Positions 1 to 7,855 of a DNA stretch of 31,005 nucleotides are shown in pieces. Position 1 is the first letter of the stretch. Each line of letters opens with the position of its first letter. The stretch lies in IMG/VR virus record IMGVR_UViG_2671180986_000015, one strand, 5' to 3'. Origin of the DNA: a virus. Taxonomy: Duplodnaviria > Heunggongvirae > Uroviricota > Caudoviricetes. The position numbers and the translations under genes were made by a program. The notes beneath the pieces were generated by a model. The model was not told the DNA's origin. It saw nothing but the letters and a program-made list of their open reading frames with translations, and did not search any database.

Positions 1-564
1 TTATGCGCTGGCTGCTTTCTGAGGTAGATTTAAGTGATCGCCCTTAGCTTCGGACAACGCGTAAATCTCTCTAACCTTTTCGTCTGGCAAATTACCAAGG
101 CTTAACGCTATGGCTCTACGAACTCCAACTAGAGCGTGCAACTCTTGGATGTGCTCATCCAGAAGAATGAGTAATTGCTCCGCTCCTTTTCTCCCAAGAA
201 CATCAGCTACTTGTTGTTTTTCTTGTGGTTTAAGAAATGACAAGAACATTAGAATTTGAGCATCAACATTATCCGCATTCTCTTTTTTGGGTTCTTTGGA
301 ATCTTTTAGTTCAACATCACCCTCTCCCGTCATGAGCCATTCCAAGGTAACATTTTCGCTTTCTGCTATCTTTTTTAACTGATGCGGGCGTGGTATCGGT
401 GCGTAATCCCGCCTGTTGTAATAATTTTTTAAAGTGCCTTCATTGATCCCCCATGCCCGAGCAGCCGCATTTCTTGAAGGGTATCGTTCTACTAACCTAA
501 AGATTCTTTCGATAATCGGTTCTTTTCCATCGGCAGGAAAAGAACCTTGGGGTGCTTTTCTCAT
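1..564 (-). CDS. Phage repressor (at the Mu c position), HTH N-terminal region plus leucine-rich C-terminal region
   Basis: Minus-strand ORF ending with TAA at 1-3. Start placed at the internal ATG (564-562) which has an AAGGA Shine-Dalgarno about 8 nt upstream; the track start at 621 lies in AT-rich DNA with no RBS. HTH-like segment NAAARAWGINEGTLKNYY. Divergent from ner across an operator-like spacer, as for c/ner in Mu. Product assignment is positional plus motif, not searched. Confidence 0.6.
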   Translation of the reverse strand: MRKAPQGSFPADGKEPIIERIFRLVERYPSRNAAARAWGINEGTLKNYYNRRDYAPIPRPHQLKKIAESENVTLEWLMTGEGDVELKDSKEPKKENADNVDAQILMFLSFLKPQEKQQVADVLGRKGAEQLLILLDEHIQELHALVGVRRAIALSLGNLPDEKVREIYALSEAKGDHLNLPQKAASA

Positions 565-677
565 TCTTGGTTCCTTTCTATCTAATTCATTGATAAATAA
601 TGAAATTAAAAAATAAACCATAAAAACACCAAAGAACCCTTTACAAGGAATCTTTGGTATCTTAATCTTTATCCATA

Positions 678-699
678 CGGATATCCGACCGGATATCCG
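678..699. promoter_or_regulatory. Two tandem copies of the perfect 10-bp palindrome CGGATATCCG (678-687 and 690-699), candidate operator sites
   Basis: Read directly: cggatatccg ac cggatatccg, lying between the divergent repressor and ner genes where Mu-like phages carry the repressor/Ner operators and the early promoter. Confidence 0.4.
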
Positions 700-728
700 C
701 GCGGGTAATTTTGTAGGTTAAAGGAAAG

Positions 729-980
729 ATGAGACAAAGAGAAGATAGTGACCGCGATTGGCCTTCGCTGAAGATTCAGCTGGCGCTCAAAGATAACGGG
801 TGGTCTTCCTTCCGGGAGCTTTCACTCCATGCTGGTTATGCTCAGGATTCACTGAAAGCGGTAGTTCGCACACCAAACAAAAAATACGAACGCGTAATTT
901 CTGACGCTATAGGTGTACCGCCAGAAATCATCTGGCCCAGCCGGTATCGTAACGATGGATTTATCAGGAAGGTGTCGTGA
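729..980 (+). CDS. ner: Ner-family DNA-binding protein (Ner/Nlp)
   Basis: 83-aa ORF immediately left of the transposase; contains RDW near the N-terminus and the IWPSRY motif that I recall from Mu Ner; AAGGA upstream of the ATG. Confidence 0.8.
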   Translation: MRQREDSDRDWPSLKIQLALKDNGWSSFRELSLHAGYAQDSLKAVVRTPNKKYERVISDAIGVPPEIIWPSRYRNDGFIRKVS

Positions 981-981
981 T

Positions 982-3078
982 ATGCAGTCGTACGTTACCG
1001 TAAATGACCTGCTCGGCGTACCAGGAATGCCAGCCACCACAAAAGGCATCCGACAGGCGTTACAGCGTTTTTCTCGTGATCTTGGTGACGTTAGTCGCCG
1101 TCGGGAAGGCACAAAAGCCATTGAGTACCACATTGATTGTCTGCCTGAAATAACACGAAAGGCACTGCGTGAACGCTATGTGGAACAGCTGGTGGCTACA
1201 GAGAACAATGTTTCTGAAGTGAAAGCTGTTACCAGAAAAACACGCAATCCTGACGCTGTCCAGGCAATCGAAGCATATCGCGGTTCTCCACAACTGATGG
1301 AAGAACGCCTGAATGCGCTGACCGAAAACCAGCGCCGGGTATCTGAAGCAAGAGCTGCGCTGGTGGTGGAAGTGCTGAAGCTGGAAAGCGCCGGTAACCT
1401 CGGGCGACTGAAAGCCATTAACTTTCTTGTTGAAAAAGCCCGTAAAGGTGAGCTGCCGGAGCGCCTGCAACAGGCCGCAGTTAACGCCAATGCAAAACGT
1501 GGCGCTAATCGTACTATCAGCCGCGATCCACTTTACCAGTGGGTTCTGAAATACAACCAGTCGCAGAACGCCGCCGAACGGCTGCTGTTACTGGCACCGG
1601 GAAAACGCGACGAAATAAAACCGGAAGAAATCAGCTGGCTGCCTGAATTTCTGGCGCAGTATCGGCAGGTGAACGGCAGACCCATGTCAGAAGCCTACGA
1701 GGATTTTGTCGCAGAATGGCAGCGTCGCCATGCGGACGAACCGTACATGCTGGAGGTGATGCCTTCCTATGATGTTGTCCGGTATGCCATGAAAAAACTG
1801 CCGGAAGTGGTGAGACAAAAAGGGCGCGTTACCGGCAGTGAATACCGTCAGCTTGAAGGATTCACCCGCCGCGACTGGACAGCTATGCCGGTGAATTATG
1901 TCTGGATTGGTGACGGTCACGGTATGAAGCTGAAATGTGCGCATCCGATCCACGGGCGTCCATTCTCACCGGAAGTCACGTTTGTGATCGATGGTGGAAC
2001 ACGGTTTGTTGTTGGCTGGAGTCTTGACCTTGCCGAAAACGTGTTCGCCGTTGCCGGTGCGATACAGCACGGCATTCGCAACCACGGAAAACCGTTCCTG
2101 TATTACTCGGATAACGGTTCCGGTGAAACGGCTGACATGCTGGACAAAGAGGTCGTGGGTATTCTGCCACGCCTGGGGATTAAACACCCTACCGGTATTG
2201 CCGGTAATCCACAGGGACGCGGCATTATTGAACGCCTGAACCGGACACTGCCGATGCGTATAGCCAGGAGGTATCGCACCTATTTTGGCAAGGGTGCTGA
2301 CCGGGAATCGTTGCGTGTACTTAACCGTGATCTGCGTTCAGCGTTTAACGCCCTGCAACAGGACAAGCCTCTGAACGACCGCCAGAAAGCGGCAATGCGC
2401 GAGCTGCCATCGTGGGCGGAGCTTATTGAGGCTATTCGTGAAGGCGTGGAATGGTACAACAACCGCCCGCATTCTGAGCTGCCGATGAAACCGAACGGAC
2501 GGCATTACAGCCCGACAGAGTTCAGAAAAAAACGCCTGGCAGAAGAAGACACCGAAATTGAGTGGCTGAGTGATCTTGAGCTGCGCGACATGTTCCGCCC
2601 AATGGTGGAACGACCGGTAAGACGCTGCGAAATTCAGTGGCTGAACAATATTTACTACGCGCCGGAGTTGCGTGACGAACACGGTCGCAAAGTGCTTATC
2701 AGTTATGACATTCATGACGCCGAGCGAATTACGGTACGTCGCAAGGACGGCAGCTTTATCTGTGAGGCGATATGGAACGGCAATAAACGCGCAGCCTTTG
2801 CTGTCAGTGCTGAATATCACAAACAACAGCAGCGTATTAAAGGAATGCGCAAACGCGCTGAGGAAAAAATTCGTGATGCTGAAGATGAAGGTATTCAGAT
2901 TCTGGAACACAAACAGGCTGAACCCTGGCTGAGTAATGTTTATCGCCCGGTTGGTAATGTGGTGGCAGTTCAGCAACCGGAATATGAAGAAGAGCATGAC
3001 GAAGAATTTGAACGCGATTTCCGGCTGGGGATGCAAAAACTTTTTGCCATGCAGGAAGAAGATGATCCGCTGGCCTGA
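982..3078 (+). CDS. A: Mu-type DDE transposase (MuA-like)
   Basis: 698 aa from ATG 982 (MQSYVTVNDLLGVPGMP, winged-helix-like N-terminus); the track start at 913 would overlap ner. Large multi-domain protein with central catalytic-core-like region (WIGDGHG ... YYSDNGSG ... GRGIIERLNRTL), placed between ner and a AAA+ ATPase as in Mu. Confidence 0.88.
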   Translation: MQSYVTVNDLLGVPGMPATTKGIRQALQRFSRDLGDVSRRREGTKAIEYHIDCLPEITRKALRERYVEQLVATENNVSEVKAVTRKTRNPDAVQAIEAYRGSPQLMEERLNALTENQRRVSEARAALVVEVLKLESAGNLGRLKAINFLVEKARKGELPERLQQAAVNANAKRGANRTISRDPLYQWVLKYNQSQNAAERLLLLAPGKRDEIKPEEISWLPEFLAQYRQVNGRPMSEAYEDFVAEWQRRHADEPYMLEVMPSYDVVRYAMKKLPEVVRQKGRVTGSEYRQLEGFTRRDWTAMPVNYVWIGDGHGMKLKCAHPIHGRPFSPEVTFVIDGGTRFVVGWSLDLAENVFAVAGAIQHGIRNHGKPFLYYSDNGSGETADMLDKEVVGILPRLGIKHPTGIAGNPQGRGIIERLNRTLPMRIARRYRTYFGKGADRESLRVLNRDLRSAFNALQQDKPLNDRQKAAMRELPSWAELIEAIREGVEWYNNRPHSELPMKPNGRHYSPTEFRKKRLAEEDTEIEWLSDLELRDMFRPMVERPVRRCEIQWLNNIYYAPELRDEHGRKVLISYDIHDAERITVRRKDGSFICEAIWNGNKRAAFAVSAEYHKQQQRIKGMRKRAEEKIRDAEDEGIQILEHKQAEPWLSNVYRPVGNVVAVQQPEYEEEHDEEFERDFRLGMQKLFAMQEEDDPLA

Positions 3079-3110
3079 ATAAAAAAACAGTCCGCGGGAA
3101 CGGACTGTTA

Positions 3111-3151
3111 NNNNNNNNNNNNNNNNNNNNNNNNNNNNNNNNNNNNNNNNN
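3111..3151. other. N-masked run (41 nt) in the A-B intergenic region
   Basis: Literal n characters. Confidence 1.
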
Positions 3152-3178
3152 CTGATTTGAAATAACCGAGGAAATACT

Positions 3179-4162
3179 ATGACTGATATTGATGATGTTT
3201 TCAACACTATTAACGCTTTGATTAACGAGGGCGACAAGTCTCAGGAAGATANNNNNNNNNNNNNNNNNNNNNNNNNNNAAGATATTGCTGATGAAGCCGG
3301 AATGTCTCCGGCAACACTCTCGGCTCTGCGTAAAGGAGAGTACAACGGTAATGTCGAAGGTATGCATGACAAATTACAGAAATGGTATCAGGTCTGGCAG
3401 AAGGGACAGAACTTGTCAGGTACCCCTGGTGTTGTGAAGACCCAGACATTTTGTGATTTGCATGAGCTGTTTAAAACAGTGCGCTCACTCGGGATTATCA
3501 GTGTCGTTGTTGGCGTACCGGGTGTCGGAAAAACCTTTGCTGCCCGGGAATATTGTCGCAGGACAGCTAATGCCTGGATGGTGACTCTTGCTCCGGCACA
3601 TTCGAGCGTAACGGAATGCCTCCTTGAAATAGCATATGCGCTGGAAATTAATAATCCGGGAAGAAATAAGGGGAATATAACCCGCGCCATTCGCAGAAAA
3701 CTGGGTGGTGGTAAAGAAACCAGTGGCCGTGTTAACCCCCTTCTGATTATTGATGAAGCTGATCACTTAAGTGTGGATGGTCTGGAGCAATTACGCGCCA
3801 TTCAGGATGCCACTGGCGTGGGGATGGTTTTAATTGGCAACCCGAAACAGATGGCGGATGCCACCCGTCGTGGGACTGATGAACTGGCCCGTCTGTTCAG
3901 CCGTTTTGCCATGACAAAACAACTGCGCAAAGTAAAAAAGACCGATGTGATGGCTGTAGCCAAAGCATGGGGAGTAACACAGGAAGATGAGCTGGACCTG
4001 CTGATGAGGGTAGCCGAAAAGCCCGGGGGATTGCGTGTATTAACTCACACACTGAATCATGCGTGGCTGGCGGCAAAAGGTGCAGGCACATCCCTGAATA
4101 AAAGTCACATTAAAGCGGCTTTTAAGGAGGCTTACAGCAACCCCAGGTTACTGAACTGGTAG
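3179..4162 (+). CDS. B: MuB-like AAA+ ATPase (transposition target DNA activator)
   Basis: Walker A GVPGVGKT and Walker B LLIIDEADHL; GAGG RBS before ATG 3179; directly downstream of the transposase. Interrupted by a 27-nt N-run (3252-3278). Confidence 0.85.
   Translation: MTDIDDVFNTINALINEGDKSQEDXXXXXXXXXXDIADEAGMSPATLSALRKGEYNGNVEGMHDKLQKWYQVWQKGQNLSGTPGVVKTQTFCDLHELFKTVRSLGIISVVVGVPGVGKTFAAREYCRRTANAWMVTLAPAHSSVTECLLEIAYALEINNPGRNKGNITRAIRRKLGGGKETSGRVNPLLIIDEADHLSVDGLEQLRAIQDATGVGMVLIGNPKQMADATRRGTDELARLFSRFAMTKQLRKVKKTDVMAVAKAWGVTQEDELDLLMRVAEKPGGLRVLTHTLNHAWLAAKGAGTSLNKSHIKAAFKEAYSNPRLLNW
3252..3278. other. N-masked run (27 nt) inside B
   Basis: Literal n characters. Confidence 1.
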
Positions 4163-4177
4163 TAAAGGACATAAACC

Positions 4178-4405
4178 ATGATGTCACGAAATATAAAAAT
4201 GGCAACGGATGCGCAGAACTGGTTACAGGCGCACGGGAGTCACGTAAATGAATCATATCTCGGCGTGGCGCGTCCGGTACTTGAAATCACCTGCCCACCA
4301 CCGGAGCTGGTCAGAAACGCCGTCAGGATTATGGAGCATAAATCAGGGGTTGCCCGTTCAGTATGGACGGCCCGCCTTAATGGCTGCCAGATTATCTGGC
4401 GTTAA
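4178..4405 (+). CDS. Hypothetical small early protein (75 aa) at the position kil occupies in Mu
   Basis: ATG 4178 with AAGGA 8 nt upstream; first gene after B. Function not recognisable from sequence. Confidence 0.5.
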   Translation: MMSRNIKMATDAQNWLQAHGSHVNESYLGVARPVLEITCPPPELVRNAVRIMEHKSGVARSVWTARLNGCQIIWR

Positions 4406-4437
4406 TAACGGCTTATTTATTTGTGAGGAATAACAAA

Positions 4438-4701
4438 ATGGCAAAAGTAATTATTGAAATTAAAAATACAGTATCTGGAATTAAAGGACTGAATTTGCGC
4501 ACCAGCATTGCGGTGGACGGTAGTGCGGAACTGGACGGTGATGAGGGTACACTTGCTGGCATGGTGGCGTTACTGGTGCTTAATAAAAGCCAGAAAATAA
4601 TTAATGAGTCAGCCCATGAAGCTATCGAGATTTTGAAAAACGATAGTGTCATCACCGGTGGCCGTGTCACTGAAATGGCTGTTGAAAAAACATGCCACTG
4701 A
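4438..4701 (+). CDS. Hypothetical early protein (87 aa)
   Basis: ATG 4438 with GAGGAA 7 nt upstream; AT-rich coding region; no recognisable motif. Confidence 0.5.
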   Translation: MAKVIIEIKNTVSGIKGLNLRTSIAVDGSAELDGDEGTLAGMVALLVLNKSQKIINESAHEAIEILKNDSVITGGRVTEMAVEKTCH

Positions 4702-4715
4702 AAGGAACGCTGACA

Positions 4716-5135
4716 ATGAACGTCAAAATCCGAAATGAAATCCGGGCATTAATTCGGATTAAAGAGCGTAATAACAATGGTGGAGACTTGCGCGAATTTA
4801 TTTGTGCGCGCGAAGTTGAGGGGTATGGCGAAAAGACTTACCTGATTGCATTTGACCATTACAGCATTTGTGCGCGTTATTGCGGAGAGGCGGTATTCCG
4901 CGCCATTACGTTTGGCAATGCCTTCAATGTGGATTTATGGGAATACGTCATGGACCGCGAATACATCTGCGCGTCAGACCCGAAAGCCCGTGAAATGTGG
5001 CAGCGTATCTGGCGCGATTACCGGTTAATGGCAAAAGGCTGGGCGCGCTGCTGTTATTCCTCGCTTGTCCTGAAAGCGGTTCAGTTATCGCTGCGGCATA
5101 TTCCGGCATCACTGCGCGAGCCTCTGTTGTACTGA
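4716..5135 (+). CDS. Hypothetical early protein, cysteine-containing (139 aa)
   Basis: ATG 4716 with AAAGGA 9 nt upstream, start 15 nt after the previous stop. Several Cys residues (CAREVEGYG, SICARYCGE, YICASD, ARCCYSS), possible metal-binding; no family recognised. Confidence 0.5.
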   Translation: MNVKIRNEIRALIRIKERNNNGGDLREFICAREVEGYGEKTYLIAFDHYSICARYCGEAVFRAITFGNAFNVDLWEYVMDREYICASDPKAREMWQRIWRDYRLMAKGWARCCYSSLVLKAVQLSLRHIPASLREPLLY

Positions 5136-5147
5136 GTGGTGACCGGA

Positions 5148-5435
5148 ATGACGTGTAATCGTAAACGCTGGTCACGCGAAGACCGGGAATTTATCGAAGC
5201 CAGTGTCGGAAAAATGACCGTCGAGGAAATGGCGAAAAAACTGAAAGTTGCCCCAACCGCCCTACAGGCACATGCCAGAAGGCACGGAATATCGTTGTGT
5301 GCATACCAGGTCAGTGAGCACGACAAATATTTATGCCGTGAACTTTATAAAGAAGGGCTGGCTATTCATGTGATAGCCCAAAAGATGGAATTAAGCAATC
5401 GTGCTGTATCCGGCATTGTATACAGTGAATATTAA
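5148..5435 (+). CDS. Hypothetical early protein with two HTH-like segments (95 aa)
   Basis: ATG 5148 (GTG 5136 is an alternative); segments MTVEEMAKKLKVAPTALQAHARRHGIS and LAIHVIAQKMELSNRAVSGIV look like helix-turn-helix motifs. Weak RBS. Confidence 0.45.
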   Translation: MTCNRKRWSREDREFIEASVGKMTVEEMAKKLKVAPTALQAHARRHGISLCAYQVSEHDKYLCRELYKEGLAIHVIAQKMELSNRAVSGIVYSEY

Positions 5436-5453
5436 TTAACAGGAGCTTTATTT

Positions 5454-5978
5454 ATGGCTAAACCCGCAAAACGAATCAGGAACGCCGCAGCGGCTTATGT
5501 TCCGCAATCCCGCGATGCCGTGGTATGTGATATCCGCCGGATTGGGGACCTGCAACGCGAAGCAGCACGACTTGAAACGGAAATGAATGACGCTATCGCT
5601 GAGATTACGGAGAAATACGCCTCACAGATTGCACCGCTTAAAACCAGTATCGAAACCCTTTCAAAAGGCGTTCAGGGATGGTGTGAAGCGAACCGTGACG
5701 AACTGACGAACGGCGGCAAGGTGAAGACGGCAAACCTGGTAACCGGTGATGTGTCATGGCGTCAGCGCCCACCATCAGTAAGTATTCGCGGTGTGGATGC
5801 GGTGATGGAAACACTGGAGCGTCTTGGCCTTCAACGCTTTATTCGCACGAAACAGGAAATCAACAAGGAAGCGATTTTACTGGAGCCGAAAGCAGTCGCA
5901 GGTGTCGCCGGAATTACAGTTAAATCAGGCATTGAAGATTTTTCTATTATTCCGTTTGAACAGGATGCCGGTATTTAA
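5454..5978 (+). CDS. gam: Host-nuclease inhibitor Gam (Mu Gam family, Ku-like DNA end binding)
   Basis: 174 aa MAKPAKRIRNAAAAYVPQ...SGIEDFSIIPFEQDAGI; about 90 percent identical to the Mu Gam sequence as I recall it. Identity estimate is from memory, not an alignment. Confidence 0.93.
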   Translation: MAKPAKRIRNAAAAYVPQSRDAVVCDIRRIGDLQREAARLETEMNDAIAEITEKYASQIAPLKTSIETLSKGVQGWCEANRDELTNGGKVKTANLVTGDVSWRQRPPSVSIRGVDAVMETLERLGLQRFIRTKQEINKEAILLEPKAVAGVAGITVKSGIEDFSIIPFEQDAGI

Positions 5979-6075
5979 TACCACGACGAATATTTAATTA
6001 ATTCACTTTCTTTTAATTATGGCGCGATGCGTCAGGGGATTGCTCGCGCCTGAATCAGGACCAGAGGAAATGAAT

Positions 6076-6624
6076 ATGAAAGCATATGCTTATTTTAAAC
6101 TGAGTGACGCAGCCGCTAACGGTTATACGATTCGCTGGCTGAAAGATGTTTCTGTTAAGCGTGACAAAATCATCTGCTCATTGCAGCGTGCGTTTGGCGC
6201 AGACGGTGTTTCCCTTGTCAGTAACAGAGGGTATGAACGGGTTGAATGTATCTGGATGAATCAATTAGCGCCGGAATTATGGCGTGGTAAATCAGACGGA
6301 CTGTTTATTGGTGGATTTCAGTTTTATGGCGTTGTACCGGATATAACAACACCGGAAGGCCGAAACAATGCGACGCTTATTCAGGAACATGAAGAGCAAC
6401 TCCGGAAATATCCCACATTCCCGGTCTGGTTGTGTAATGAACTCGGGGTTGATGTTGTACCCAACATGTTTGATCTCAAATCAGTCTGGACGATGCACCA
6501 CAGCCGTGACGGATTCGGCATTTTGTTTGAGGTGTGCCTGCTGGATGGTGAGGTTAAGGGACCGGTTCCTGCCGAATGCCAGCGCATTAAACATTCTGAA
6601 TTTGTGGCACTGACGGAGGAATAA
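6076..6624 (+). CDS. Hypothetical early protein (182 aa)
   Basis: ATG 6076 has GAGGA 7 nt upstream; ATG 6070 is an alternative. No family recognised. Confidence 0.55.
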   Translation: MKAYAYFKLSDAAANGYTIRWLKDVSVKRDKIICSLQRAFGADGVSLVSNRGYERVECIWMNQLAPELWRGKSDGLFIGGFQFYGVVPDITTPEGRNNATLIQEHEEQLRKYPTFPVWLCNELGVDVVPNMFDLKSVWTMHHSRDGFGILFEVCLLDGEVKGPVPAECQRIKHSEFVALTEE

Positions 6625-6627
6625 CCG

Positions 6628-7167
6628 GTGATTGATGCAAAAGTTCTGAACGGTGTCAGCACATTATTACGGGCTTACGGACGTCTGACCTGTGGTGTTC
6701 TGGCGGACAAAATGAGGATGCCGGTCTCTGCAATGGTGTATTTCCTGCGTGATGCGGTTGATGCCGGAGTGCTGACTGAACTGAACGGCTTTTACGACGT
6801 TCCGCGCTCCCGGGCAGAGCCGCCTGCCGGGCGAAATTCAACGGAGCACCCCGATGTTGATGGTGCGCAATGGTGCACGTTCCGCCGCTCTTTGCCCTGG
6901 CTGGAAGGCAATGCCATTCCGGCACTGGCAAAAGAATTTGCGACAGGCGTACTGACCTGCGAGTCGGTTTACATCGTTGCTGAAGTGGATGACGAGATGT
7001 GTAAACAGGGAATGCCCCGTTTTGTGATGGCTTATATCGATATCCGGCTGGGTCGTTTTATTTGTGGCTCCAGTGGCTGGAATATCACCGACCACGTCCT
7101 GCGCTATCTCATTCTTGATTATTCACCGGTTCCGGCGGAAACACAGGAAATCAGCGAGCATGATTAA
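6628..7167 (+). CDS. Hypothetical early protein (179 aa)
   Basis: GTG 6628 start with GGAGGA 7 nt upstream, 3 nt after the previous stop. No family recognised. Confidence 0.55.
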   Translation: MIDAKVLNGVSTLLRAYGRLTCGVLADKMRMPVSAMVYFLRDAVDAGVLTELNGFYDVPRSRAEPPAGRNSTEHPDVDGAQWCTFRRSLPWLEGNAIPALAKEFATGVLTCESVYIVAEVDDEMCKQGMPRFVMAYIDIRLGRFICGSSGWNITDHVLRYLILDYSPVPAETQEISEHD

Positions 7168-7335
7168 GTCAACTGGCTTTGTCCTGCTGGTTGGCACCTG
7201 CGGAAATGATGCCTGCGATGCCATTCCGGTAACGGAAAAAAATCTGGCCCACAGAGCAGACATGTATGCAGGTGATGGAGCGCATACAAAAACGTTATCC
7301 CAATGAAATCTTTTATTGCGAAGAGGTATTACGAA

Positions 7336-7650
7336 ATGAATAAACCAGAGAATAAAGAAATGAAATTCACACCAGTTAATATTGATGACGTCATGGCTAA
7401 TTTAAGGATGCTGGAACGTATGCATGATATTGTTAAATATGGTATTGAGCATGACCTCACCGCCAGAGAAGTCCGGAGCATTATCAACCGTGAAATGAAC
7501 CAGGTGGAAGCTGCCGTGGCGCTACAAAATGAAGCAGCCCGCGAGGAATACATTCGTCGCAGGCTGGGACTATCAAATAAAGATATTCTTACGGATGCTC
7601 AGATGGCTGAGGCTTTTGATATTCATCAGAATCTTGGTCTAACAAACTGA
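7336..7650 (+). CDS. Hypothetical protein (104 aa) in an AT-rich segment
   Basis: ATG 7336 with AGAGG 9 nt upstream; the 5-prime half is about 30 percent GC against about 55 percent for the window. Charged, helical-looking product. Confidence 0.5.
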   Translation: MNKPENKEMKFTPVNIDDVMANLRMLERMHDIVKYGIEHDLTAREVRSIINREMNQVEAAVALQNEAAREEYIRRRLGLSNKDILTDAQMAEAFDIHQNLGLTN

Positions 7651-7855
7651 TGGTATCAGTGATTAGCTGTGATATTTGCAGGATGGGATTATTCGTTGTT
7701 CTCAATGCCGGAGCCTCTGCCGCTCCGCTTGCTGCGGCTTCGAGGATCGTTTTGCCTTCTTCTGCGGTAATTAGCCCCTTTCTGACAAGGAGTATCAGCA
7801 ACCTTGAGGCAATGACATACCCTGCAACATCATAAGGCTGTTCACTGTTTTTCAT
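7589..7855 (-). CDS. Hypothetical minus-strand small protein (88 aa), convergent with and overlapping the 3-prime end of 7336..7650
   Basis: Reverse-strand ATG at 7855-7853 preceded by AGAGGA with a 7-nt spacer. Product MKNSEQPYDVAGYVIASRLLILLVRKGLITAEEGKTILEAAASG... Codon usage is mediocre and a competing + strand ORF (7650..7835) exists, so the call is tentative. Confidence 0.35.
   Translation of the reverse strand: MKNSEQPYDVAGYVIASRLLILLVRKGLITAEEGKTILEAAASGAAEAPALRTTNNPILQISQLITDTISLLDQDSDEYQKPQPSEHP

Noticed and set aside
565-621. Longer repressor starting at the ATG at 621
   Set aside because: AT-rich with no Shine-Dalgarno, and it would place the IHF-like site inside the coding region; the internal ATG at 564 has an AAGGA RBS.
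913-981. Upstream start at 913 for the transposase
   Set aside because: It would overlap ner by 68 nt in another frame; ATG 982 follows the ner stop directly and gives a winged-helix-like N-terminus.
2338-3237. 299-aa minus-strand ORF antisense to the transposase 3-prime end and the A-B junction
   Set aside because: Shadow ORF inside a well-supported coding region, crosses an N-run, no RBS.
7160-7306. 48-aa + strand ORF starting at an ATG that overlaps the stop of 6628..7167
   Set aside because: Very short, weak RBS, Cys/Gly-rich low-complexity product; insufficient support for a feature call.
7650-7835. 61-aa + strand ORF
   Set aside because: No RBS before its ATG and low-complexity Ala/Ser-rich product; it overlaps the minus-strand ORF that has a strong RBS. 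Kept as an unresolved competing frame rather than a feature.
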